From: Tubiluchus corallicola
Taxonomy: Eukaryota; Animalia; Priapulida
Direction of reading: 5' to 3'
Length of the DNA: 64,000 nucleotides
NCBI GenBank assembly: GCA_030141605.1
Contig: JAQGDQ010002410.1
Span: 6,125-70,124 of the forward strand
This document shows, in pieces, positions 8,516 through 17,492 of this stretch. Every line of letters starts with the position of its first letter. Position 1 is the stretch's first letter. The notes under the pieces are model-generated. The model did not search any database, was not told where the DNA came from, and saw nothing but the letters and a program-made list of their open reading frames with translations. The position numbers were made by a program, and so were the translations under genes.

Positions 8516-11473
8516 ATGAAGTCATTAGTCTTAATGATTGTGATAATAGTTATAGCTATTACTAGATTATTTGCCCAAGAAAAAATTGTTACAGGAACGG
8601 TAAAGAATGAGAAAGGAGAAGTGCTTCCGGGGGTGAGTGTGCTTATTAAAGAAACGTATCAAGGTACTATTACCAATGCGGATGGATGGTATTCTATTGT
8701 GACTACAGAGGGACAAGTGCTAGTGTTTTCTTTTGTGGGGATGAACTCGCGGGAAATAGTGGTAGGAGATAGAACTCAGATAGATGTGGTACTTTCTCAA
8801 AGTGATATTATGCTAGAAGAAACTGTGGTTGTGGGTTATGGTTATCAGCGAAAGAGTGATTTAACGGGGTCTATAAGTACTGTAAAAAGCGATGATATTG
8901 TAAAAATTCCTTCTATTTCTCCAGAGCAGGCTTTGCAGGGGAAGGTCGCTGGAGTAACAGTTACAAGTAATTCTGGTACTCCGGGCGATGCTCCTATTGT
9001 AAGAATAAGGGGGGTGGGAACGCTTAATAACGCTTCACCTCTTTATGTCGTGGATGGGGTTTTGTTGGACGATATTAGGTTTTTAAGCAGTCAAGACATA
9101 GAATCTATGGAGGTTTTGAAAGATGCTTCTGCCACAGCAATATATGGCTCAAGAGGAGCCAATGGGGTTATTATCATATCAACAAAACAAGGAAAAATAG
9201 GAGATGCTAAAATAGACTTTGATTCTTATTTCGGGTTTCAAAATGTAGGCAGCTATATAGATATGGTCAATGCTAACCAGTATGCTACATTGGCTAATGA
9301 ACTGGCGGACAATGAAGGGATACCTCGTCCGTATGAAGATCCCTCTATTTATGGGGAGGGGACAAATTGGTTTGATGAAATATTTAGGGTAGCTCCTATT
9401 CAAAATCATCAATTGAACATAAGTGGAGGCAGTGAAAAGGTGTTGTATAATTTAAGTATAAGTTATTTTGACCAAGTGGGGGTGATTGAGCAGTCAGAAT
9501 ATGATAGATTGACTGTGAGGTTGAACAATATTTATGAAATTAATGATTATGTAAAGGCGGGACATAATTTTTCGTTTTCTAAGTTTAGTAGTGACAATGT
9601 GCCTAATGTGGTAGCTAGTGCTTATAGGATAGAGCCTACTATAAATCCCATAGATGAAGATGGAAACTATGTCGGCTCGCAGGTGGGAGCAGCAAATCCA
9701 TTGGCACAATTGGAATATTCAAACGATGAAAGTTTTGGACATAGATTTGTCGGAAACATTTATTTGGATATTAGTTTTTTAAAGGATTTTTATTTTAAGT
9801 CGAGCTATGGTTTAGATTTATCTTACAACCAAGGGGTGAATTTTACTCCAGAGTATTATGTGTCGCCTACGCAGCAGAATCAAGAGTCGCTATTAACTAA
9901 GACTATATCATATTTCAATACTTGGTTGTGGGAAAACACATTGACTTATAGTAAGGAAATAAATAACATTCATCGGTTCAATGTGCTTGGGGGATTTACT
10001 ATGCAAGATTCGTATTACGAAAAGTTGGAGGGGAGTGTGAAAAATTTGCTTGGCGATACGGATGACTTTTGGTATTTGGTTGCTGGTGATGCTAGTACGC
10101 AAACGAATTTTAATGAGGCTACTAATTGGGCGATGATATCGTATTTGTTTAGGTTGAATTATACCTTGAAAGAAAAGTATCTTTTTACAGGTACTTTTAG
10201 GTCTGATGGTTCTTCTAAGTTTGGAGAAAACAATAGGTTTGGCTACTTTCCATCGGTAGCTTTGGGTTGGAGGGTTACAGAAGAGAATTTTATGAAAGAT
10301 GTAGTTCCCGTAAGCAATTTAAAGGTAAGGGCTAGCTGGGGGCAGATAGGCAATGATAAAATAGGGGAATATGCGGCCCACTCCAATGTAACGAATAATC
10401 TGAATACAGTGTTTGGCTCGCCACAGGTGCTACATCCCGGCTTTTTGCAGACGGAACTTTCTAACCCAGATATAAGATGGGAAACGACTACTCAGATTGA
10501 TATTGGTGCAGAAGTTGGCTTGTTGAAGAATAAGTTTTCTTTGGAGCTAGATTATTACAACAGAACTACTGATGATATTTTGATAGAAACTCCTATCCCT
10601 TATCTTGTTGGCTCTTCCAATGACCCCGTTATCAATGCTGCTTCTGTAAGGAACGAGGGATTTGAGTTTGTTGTTAGTTGGAGTGATAGTAAAAAAGATT
10701 TTAGCTATAATGTAACTTTTACGGGTACTACTATAAGTAATGAGGTTTTGAAACTGTCTGAGGGTAAAACTGAGATTTTTGCGGGAAATATTGGTAATGG
10801 ACAGTTGGTAACTATTACAAAGGTGGGTAGCGAAATAGGCTCTTTTTATGGCTATAAGGTGGATGGAGTGTTTCAAAGTGAGGAGGAGATAAACAATAGC
10901 CCTAGTAAGGAGGGAGCGAAGCCAGGGGATTTAAAGTATGTAGATTTGAATGGCGATGGTGAGATAACGGATGAAGATAAAACGATAATAGGTTCTCCTA
11001 TTCCTAATTTTATTTGTGGTTTATCTTTTTCTTGCACTTATCGCGATTTCGATTTTTCTATGGATTGGCAGGCACAGTTGGGTAATGAAATATACAATGC
11101 TAAGAAGGCTGTAAGGGTTGATACTTACAATTTTGAGACTTCTTATTTAGACCGTTGGCAGGGAGCGGGTACTTCGGTGAAAGAACCAAGACTTACTAAT
11201 TCGGGCGATAACTATGAAGTGTCTGAAAGGTTTGTAGAGGATGGTTCATTTCTTCGACTTAGAAATATTCAGCTGGGGTATACTTTTTTGAAGGACAGAC
11301 ACGGTATTAGTCGATTTAGGGTGTATACGAGTGCTTCCAATCTATTTACTATTACTAAGTACTCTGGCTTCTCTCCAGAGATAGGAGGTGGCAATGTGCT
11401 TCAAACGGGTATAGATAATGGGGTTTACCCTGTTACTGCAACATATATTTTGGGGGTTAATCTAACTTTTTAA
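8516..11473 (+). CDS. susC: SusC/RagA family TonB-dependent transporter
   Basis: CarboxypepD-like N-terminus, plug motif KDASATAIYGSRGANGVIIISTK, C-terminal GVNLTF; ATG at 8516 preferred over TTG at 8501. Confidence 0.96.
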   Translation: MKSLVLMIVIIVIAITRLFAQEKIVTGTVKNEKGEVLPGVSVLIKETYQGTITNADGWYSIVTTEGQVLVFSFVGMNSREIVVGDRTQIDVVLSQSDIMLEETVVVGYGYQRKSDLTGSISTVKSDDIVKIPSISPEQALQGKVAGVTVTSNSGTPGDAPIVRIRGVGTLNNASPLYVVDGVLLDDIRFLSSQDIESMEVLKDASATAIYGSRGANGVIIISTKQGKIGDAKIDFDSYFGFQNVGSYIDMVNANQYATLANELADNEGIPRPYEDPSIYGEGTNWFDEIFRVAPIQNHQLNISGGSEKVLYNLSISYFDQVGVIEQSEYDRLTVRLNNIYEINDYVKAGHNFSFSKFSSDNVPNVVASAYRIEPTINPIDEDGNYVGSQVGAANPLAQLEYSNDESFGHRFVGNIYLDISFLKDFYFKSSYGLDLSYNQGVNFTPEYYVSPTQQNQESLLTKTISYFNTWLWENTLTYSKEINNIHRFNVLGGFTMQDSYYEKLEGSVKNLLGDTDDFWYLVAGDASTQTNFNEATNWAMISYLFRLNYTLKEKYLFTGTFRSDGSSKFGENNRFGYFPSVALGWRVTEENFMKDVVPVSNLKVRASWGQIGNDKIGEYAAHSNVTNNLNTVFGSPQVLHPGFLQTELSNPDIRWETTTQIDIGAEVGLLKNKFSLELDYYNRTTDDILIETPIPYLVGSSNDPVINAASVRNEGFEFVVSWSDSKKDFSYNVTFTGTTISNEVLKLSEGKTEIFAGNIGNGQLVTITKVGSEIGSFYGYKVDGVFQSEEEINNSPSKEGAKPGDLKYVDLNGDGEITDEDKTIIGSPIPNFICGLSFSCTYRDFDFSMDWQAQLGNEIYNAKKAVRVDTYNFETSYLDRWQGAGTSVKEPRLTNSGDNYEVSERFVEDGSFLRLRNIQLGYTFLKDRHGISRFRVYTSASNLFTITKYSGFSPEIGGGNVLQTGIDNGVYPVTATYILGVNLTF

Positions 11474-11487
11474 TATTGCAATGTAAG

Positions 11488-12972
11488 ATGAAAGGAATAA
11501 TAGTTCAAATTATAGTATTAAGTACTACAATGTTGTTGTCTTGTGGTAAAAGTTTTTTGGATAAAAAACCGTTGGGGCAAGAAAATTCTACCAATTATTT
11601 GACGGATGAGGCAAGTGCGATTAAGGCTACTAATGCTATATATAATAAATTGAGGGATTGGGATTTGCACGTGTTTGCTTATATTGGTATGACAGATATT
11701 ATTTCGGATGATGCTGATAAGGGGAGCACTCCTACTGATGGGGATGCTTTTCAAGGGGTATTGGATAGATTTTCTTTTAATGCAGGAAGTGGACCTTTTT
11801 TAGATTGGTGGCGGGGTAATTATCAAGGGGTGAGCAGGGCTAATAATGTAATAAATGGTGTGGGAGATTTGGATATAGAGAGCGGTTTGAAAGAGCGTCT
11901 TGTCGGAGAAGCTAAGTTTCTTCGAGCGTATTTTTATTTTAATCTTGTAAGGGCATTTGGTGGAGTGCCACTAGTTACAAAACAACTTTTGCCCGATGAG
12001 TATAATGCTACAAGAAATACGGAAGATGAGGTCTTTGATTTGATAATTGCAGATTTGGAAGCGGCTTCGGAGGTTTTGCCTGTGTCTTATGATTTGAGTG
12101 ATTTGGGTAGGGCTACGAAAGGTGCTGCTTTGTCTATGCTTGCTAAAGTTTATTTGTTTAGGAATGATTTTGTTAATGTGGGGAAGTATGCCAAGGCTGT
12201 GATAGATATGGATGTTTATGACTTGTTTTCTGATTTTTCTACATTGTTTACTCAGGCTGGAGAAAATAGTGAGGAGTCCATTTTTGAGGTGCAGGCGGCG
12301 GCTTTCGAACAAGGAGGTGGGGGTTCTCAATACAACGAGGTACAGGGGGTGAGGGGAAGTCCACCAAATTGGGGATGGGGGTTTAATAGACCTTCTGATG
12401 ATTTGGAAGCGGCTTTTGATGCTGAAGGGGATGATATACGTAAAAGGGGCACTATTATATTTGAGGGCGATATTATTAATAATGAAACTATAGTGGGAAG
12501 TGATGATGGTCAGGAAACTCCTATTAAGTATAATAAGAAGGCTCTTGTGGAGCATCCGCATCCGGGGGGGAATGGTAATGGTCCGGGGAATATACGCATA
12601 TTACGTTATGCTGATGTGCTGCTAATGTATGCAGAGGCTTTGAATGAGAATGGTAGTTTGGGAGAGGCTCAAACATACCTCAACTTGGTTCGCACAAGGG
12701 TAGAGCTGTCTAATACTACGGCTACTAATCAGGAAGATTTGAGACAAGCTATTTGGAACGAGCGAAGGCTGGAGTTAGCAATGGAACAGCATAGATGGTT
12801 CGATTTAGTAAGGCAGGGTAGGGCTATTGAGGTAATGGAAAAACATTTTGAAGATCACCCTGATGGTAATAAAAATGGCATAACTGTTCAGGAGAAACAT
12901 TTAATATTTCCTATACCACAGAGAGAAATAGATATAACTGGTGGTTCGTTGCAACAACAGGAGCTGTGGTGA
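11488..12972 (+). CDS. susD: SusD/RagB family glycan-binding lipoprotein
   Basis: Lipobox LLSC, GEAKFLRAYFYFNLVRAFGGVP, RYADVLLMYAEA, ERRLELAMEQHRWFDLVR. Confidence 0.96.
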   Translation: MKGIIVQIIVLSTTMLLSCGKSFLDKKPLGQENSTNYLTDEASAIKATNAIYNKLRDWDLHVFAYIGMTDIISDDADKGSTPTDGDAFQGVLDRFSFNAGSGPFLDWWRGNYQGVSRANNVINGVGDLDIESGLKERLVGEAKFLRAYFYFNLVRAFGGVPLVTKQLLPDEYNATRNTEDEVFDLIIADLEAASEVLPVSYDLSDLGRATKGAALSMLAKVYLFRNDFVNVGKYAKAVIDMDVYDLFSDFSTLFTQAGENSEESIFEVQAAAFEQGGGGSQYNEVQGVRGSPPNWGWGFNRPSDDLEAAFDAEGDDIRKRGTIIFEGDIINNETIVGSDDGQETPIKYNKKALVEHPHPGGNGNGPGNIRILRYADVLLMYAEALNENGSLGEAQTYLNLVRTRVELSNTTATNQEDLRQAIWNERRLELAMEQHRWFDLVRQGRAIEVMEKHFEDHPDGNKNGITVQEKHLIFPIPQREIDITGGSLQQQELW

Positions 12973-13057
12973 GATTTGTGATAATTGTATATTTATTATT
13001 TTTTGTGTAGCGATTAGTTTGAAGGCTAAGGCTAACGTTAATATTATTTAAAGGGCT

Positions 13058-14368
13058 ATGAAACATATTTTTCTTCTATTTACATTTATTGTTTTATTAT
13101 TTTCATCTTGTAATGGTAATAGTGAATCAGAGAGAAACCCTTCATTGACAGACACCCTTTCTAACGATGAGCTTTTAGATTTGGTGCAAAGTCAAACGTT
13201 CAGATATTTTTGGAATTTTGCTCATCCAGTCTCAGGCTTAGCAAGGGAACGGAGTAATGGTAATGATAATATTGTTACTATTGGAGGTTCTGGCTTTGGG
13301 GTTATGGTTATTATTGTGGGAGTAGAACGGGGCTATATTACAAGAGATGAGGCTGCTGAAAGGCTATTGAAGATAACTAAATTCTTGCGTGATGATGCAG
13401 AGCGTTACCACGGGGTGTGGTCGCACTGGTTGAATGGGGAAACCGGGGAAACTATACCCTTTTCTGATAAGGATGACGGGGGCGATCTTGTGGAGACTTC
13501 TTTTATGATACAGGGTTTACTTACAGCACGTAAGTATTTCGATGCGAATAATACTCAAGAGCAAGAGTTGCGTGAAATTATTACCCAATTGTGGGAAGAG
13601 GTGGACTGGAATTTTTATACAAAGGGTGAAAATAAACTCTATTGGCATTGGTCTAAGAATCATGGTTGGGAAATGAATATGCCTATTACAGGTTACAATG
13701 AGGCATTGATAACTTATGTGCTTGCTGCTTCGTCTCCTACCAATTCTATTGCTGCAAGTGTGTATGAGGGTTGGAAGGCTTCTGATCATTTTATTAATGG
13801 TAAGAGTTTTTATGACATTCCCCTTCCTTTGGGTTTTGATTATGGTGGACCTTTGTTTTTTGCTCATTATTCGTTTTTGGGTTTAGACCCTAATAGGGTT
13901 TCTGACACGCATGCAAGTTATTGGGAACAAAATGTGAATCATACTTTAATTAATAGGGCCTATTGTATAGATAATCCTAAGGGATATAAGGGATATGGTG
14001 AAAATTGTTGGGGGCTCACGGCGAGTGATAACCATATAGGGTATTCGGCTCACGAACCTAATAATGATTTGGGGGTTATTACCCCAACAGCTGCTTTAAG
14101 TTCTTTTCCTTATACTCCTGACTATTCTATGCAGGTTTTAAAATATTTATATTATGAGTTGCGAAAAGAGCTATGGGGCAATTATGGTTTTAAAGATGCT
14201 TTTAATCTTTCGGAGGGTTGGTTTGCGGAATCGTACCTTGCTATTGACCAAGGGCCTATTGTTATAATGATAGAGAATCATCGTTCGGGTTTATTGTGGG
14301 ACACTTTTATGAAGAATGAGGAGGTTATAGGTGGACTAACAAAATTGGATTTTCAAGTAATTGATTAA
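13058..14368 (+). CDS. GH144-like (glucoamylase-family annotated) glycoside hydrolase lipoprotein, probable endo-beta-1,2-glucanase
   Basis: Lipobox FSSC; FRYFW..AHPVSGLARER, DDGGDLVET, YGGPLFFAHYS, WGLTASD, YLAIDQGP. Confidence 0.85.
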   Translation: MKHIFLLFTFIVLLFSSCNGNSESERNPSLTDTLSNDELLDLVQSQTFRYFWNFAHPVSGLARERSNGNDNIVTIGGSGFGVMVIIVGVERGYITRDEAAERLLKITKFLRDDAERYHGVWSHWLNGETGETIPFSDKDDGGDLVETSFMIQGLLTARKYFDANNTQEQELREIITQLWEEVDWNFYTKGENKLYWHWSKNHGWEMNMPITGYNEALITYVLAASSPTNSIAASVYEGWKASDHFINGKSFYDIPLPLGFDYGGPLFFAHYSFLGLDPNRVSDTHASYWEQNVNHTLINRAYCIDNPKGYKGYGENCWGLTASDNHIGYSAHEPNNDLGVITPTAALSSFPYTPDYSMQVLKYLYYELRKELWGNYGFKDAFNLSEGWFAESYLAIDQGPIVIMIENHRSGLLWDTFMKNEEVIGGLTKLDFQVID

Positions 14369-14583
14369 TTAAGGAGCTTGCCTATTTATTCTTTCACTTA
14401 TTGAGGGTAGGTAGTGCTTCGCGAATGGTATAATCGTCAAAACGAAATGTGCAGAAAACAACTATCTTTCAAGGTGGCTGCTCGTAATTATCATAACTCT
14501 TTTAGCGGGTAATTAACGTCTAAAACAACAATACTAAAAACATACTATATACTAGCATATCATCTAAATATCAAACTTTATTT

Positions 14584-15411
14584 TTAGTTTCGAACCAACT
14601 TATAACTTTCTTGTTTTACCCATTCAGCCCATTGTTTAAGGTTTTTTGTTTTGTCAAAAATTTTATAACTAATAGGCTCACCAAAAGTAACAGTAATAGA
14701 TTTACCTCTTTGCTTGAACATTTCACGAACAAGGTAAAGCATCTCAATATTAAACTTAATGCCCAGAAACTTACGCAAGTTGGCAAGAAAATAAAAAGAG
14801 TTGGACACTCCTCCGCTTATATGCACAGGTATAACATCTCTTTGGTGCTTAATAGCTTTAGAAATAAAACTTTTCTTCCATTCCAAATCATACACCTTCC
14901 CTTTTTTCTTTCTTGATATAAGTCCTGCGGGAAAAATAAGCACCTGTGTATCCGACTGATAAGTCTCCTCGATAATAATAGCTGTTTTCTTAGCTTGTGC
15001 TCCGTGTTTATTAACAGGTGCAAAAAACATTTCTATAGGCTTTATGTTAAGAAGAATATCATTTACAAGAAACTTTACATCTTTAAAAAAACCGTGAGTA
15101 ATTTTTATCAACAACATACCATCTATACCCCCCAGTGGATGATTGGAAGCAATGATAAACCTTCCGTTTTTAGGAACATTCTCTTGCCCCCTTACATTAT
15201 AGTTTATCTCCAAAAAATTGGATAAAGTCTCATCCAAAAAACTTATTCCTTTTTTATCTCTATTGTCAATAAGAAATTGGTTGATTTCCTCTTGGTGAAT
15301 AATTCTTTTCAAATAATTAATAACAAACTTGGGTAGAAGTTTTAAAAGTTTAGACTTTTTAGAGGCAATGACCTTTTCAATGTCAATAAGTGGCAAATTA
15401 TCCTTTTTCAT
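14584..15411 (-). CDS. PlsC-family acyltransferase (hemolysin-annotated, GlsA-like)
   Basis: SNHPLGGIDG (HX4D) and IFPAG motifs; likely start MKKDNL at 15411. Confidence 0.85.
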   Translation of the reverse strand: MKKDNLPLIDIEKVIASKKSKLLKLLPKFVINYLKRIIHQEEINQFLIDNRDKKGISFLDETLSNFLEINYNVRGQENVPKNGRFIIASNHPLGGIDGMLLIKITHGFFKDVKFLVNDILLNIKPIEMFFAPVNKHGAQAKKTAIIIEETYQSDTQVLIFPAGLISRKKKGKVYDLEWKKSFISKAIKHQRDVIPVHISGGVSNSFYFLANLRKFLGIKFNIEMLYLVREMFKQRGKSITVTFGEPISYKIFDKTKNLKQWAEWVKQESYKLVRN

Positions 15412-15666
15412 ATTCTTTATTGCACAAAATTTTAGAACAATAATAATGAAATTTTTTGAAGCATATTTAAAAAAACACAAAGACACAAGATTCTCCAACT
15501 TACAAACACTACTAATCTAATGAAGTAATACAAATATAAAATACTGCCCTTTGTAATACATCATCAGCAACCTCTTATAAACTATACAGACTCAGAAGCT
15601 TACAAGCTTGCACAGAAGATTTTCAACACGCTGTTAGTCAAAAACTTATAGAATTGTTGAAAAAAA

Positions 15667-15701
15667 ATGGGTAAAAGTGGAAAAAAATGTTTTGAAGTGG
15701 G
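15667..15701 (+). promoter_or_regulatory. MraZ-box array upstream of the dcw operon
   Basis: aTGG / GTGG / aTGt / GTGG repeated at exact 10-nt spacing, ending at 15670, 15680, 15690 and 15700. Confidence 0.75.
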
Positions 15702-15747
15702 GCAAAAAACAATTACTTTTACACTTTAAAACTTATTTATAGGTAGA

Positions 15748-16200
15748 ATGCTAACATTTATAGGCGAACATACAGGCAAAGTAGATGCAAAAGGAAGAGT
15801 AACTATTCCTTCTTCTTTCAAGAAACAAATGGCAAATGCTTCACAAAATACTTTTGTAATTCGCAAGGATATATTCACTAGCTGTCTTAACTTATATCCT
15901 ATGCAAGAATGGGAGCGAGAAATGGAAAACTTGCGAAGCAAAATTAACAAGTACAATAGAAAACATACCCAACTCCTACGTCAACTATTTAGAGGTACAG
16001 CAGAAGCAACTATAGACGGAAATGGACGGATACTAATACCTCAACGTTTGTTAGACAAGGTGGGAATAGAAAAAGACATCATACTGCAAGGACAAGACGG
16101 TAAAATAGAACTGTGGAGTGATAAAAACTACGAAATTGCTGCTGAGGATATAAACAATATAGAAAATTTGACGGAAGAAATACTGGGAGGTGATGAGTAA
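15748..16200 (+). CDS. mraZ: Transcriptional regulator MraZ
   Basis: DAKGRVTIP and DGNGRILIP duplicated AbrB-like motifs. Confidence 0.97.
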   Translation: MLTFIGEHTGKVDAKGRVTIPSSFKKQMANASQNTFVIRKDIFTSCLNLYPMQEWEREMENLRSKINKYNRKHTQLLRQLFRGTAEATIDGNGRILIPQRLLDKVGIEKDIILQGQDGKIELWSDKNYEIAAEDINNIENLTEEILGGDE

Positions 16201-17101
16201 TGAAACTTATCATATACCAGTATTATTGCAAGAGAGCATAGAGGGTTTGAACATATTACCTAATGGCATTTATACTGATTTAACTTTTGGAGGTGGGGGA
16301 CATTCAAAAGCAATATTAGAAAAACTTAGCTCACAAGGCAAGTTAGTAGCTTTTGATAAGGACAGGGACGCAAAACAGAATATAATTAAGGACAAACGAT
16401 TTACATTAGTAAGAGAAGATTTTAGATATTTTAAAAATATGTTGAAGTACATAAACACATTGGAAATAGATGGGGTTCTTGCTGACCTTGGTGTATCATC
16501 GCACCATTTTAACGCACAAGAACGGGGATTTTCCTTCCGTTTTGATACTACCTTAGATATGAGAATGGACAATGACACTAAACTCACAGCAGCAGACATA
16601 CTCAATACTTATACCAAAGAACAGCTGATAAAAATATTTAGAAACTATGGGAATGTAAAAGGTGCATATAGAGTAGCCCAAGACATCATAAACTTTCGGG
16701 CTGTTCAACCTTTAAAAAGAACTGTCGATTTGCAACAAGCTATACAGTTTTGCATACCCAAGCACAATCCCAGCAAGTACCTTGCTAAACTTTACCAAGC
16801 CCTACGTATAGAACTCAATCAAGAAATAGAGTCGCTAAAAGAAATGCTCTTAAAAACACCCAGTATGATGAAGAAGGGAGGTAGACTGGTGGTAATCACT
16901 TACCATTCGATAGAAGATAAGATAGTAAAAAACTTCATAAATAAAGGGACAATAGAAGGTCAAATAAAAAAGGATTTGTATGGCAACATAGAAAAACCTT
17001 TCAAAGCTATCAACAAAAAAACAATAAAACCTACAGAAGAAGAAATAAAAAAGAACAACCGAGCAAGAAGTGCTAAACTAAGAATAGCAGAAAAAATATA
17101 A
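16193..17101 (+). CDS. rsmH: 16S rRNA C1402 N4-methyltransferase
   Basis: HIPVLL, DLTFGGGGHS, DLGVSS, NNRARSAKLR. Confidence 0.97.
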   Translation: MSNETYHIPVLLQESIEGLNILPNGIYTDLTFGGGGHSKAILEKLSSQGKLVAFDKDRDAKQNIIKDKRFTLVREDFRYFKNMLKYINTLEIDGVLADLGVSSHHFNAQERGFSFRFDTTLDMRMDNDTKLTAADILNTYTKEQLIKIFRNYGNVKGAYRVAQDIINFRAVQPLKRTVDLQQAIQFCIPKHNPSKYLAKLYQALRIELNQEIESLKEMLLKTPSMMKKGGRLVVITYHSIEDKIVKNFINKGTIEGQIKKDLYGNIEKPFKAINKKTIKPTEEEIKKNNRARSAKLRIAEKI

Positions 17102-17106
17102 TAGCT

Positions 17107-17484
17107 ATGAAAAAATATAAAGAGTTTGAAGATGTAGAGGAAAAAGACCGACAACGTAAAAAACATTCCCCATCTATTAAGAATGTATTAGATGGCAGCA
17201 TACTGACAAGCGACATAGTGCTAAATCAATTTTCTTTTATCCTCTTTCTCGTTATGCTTGCAATGATATACATAAGCAGCAGTTATAATTCACAAAGAAT
17301 TATGAAAAATATTTATGAAAAAGAGACCCAATTAAAAGAATTAAGACACGAAGCAAGTACTATGGCTTCTGAATTGATGAGTAAAACAAGGCGAACAGCA
17401 GTAATTGAGCAATTACAAAAAAGGGATATAGAATTAGAAGCCTCTAATGAACCCATAAAAAAAATCATAATTAATAAACATTAA
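17107..17484 (+). CDS. ftsL: FtsL-like cell division protein
   Basis: Single TM helix plus coiled coil, located between rsmH and ftsI. Confidence 0.85.
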   Translation: MKKYKEFEDVEEKDRQRKKHSPSIKNVLDGSILTSDIVLNQFSFILFLVMLAMIYISSSYNSQRIMKNIYEKETQLKELRHEASTMASELMSKTRRTAVIEQLQKRDIELEASNEPIKKIIINKH

Positions 17485-17492
17485 TCAAAAAG

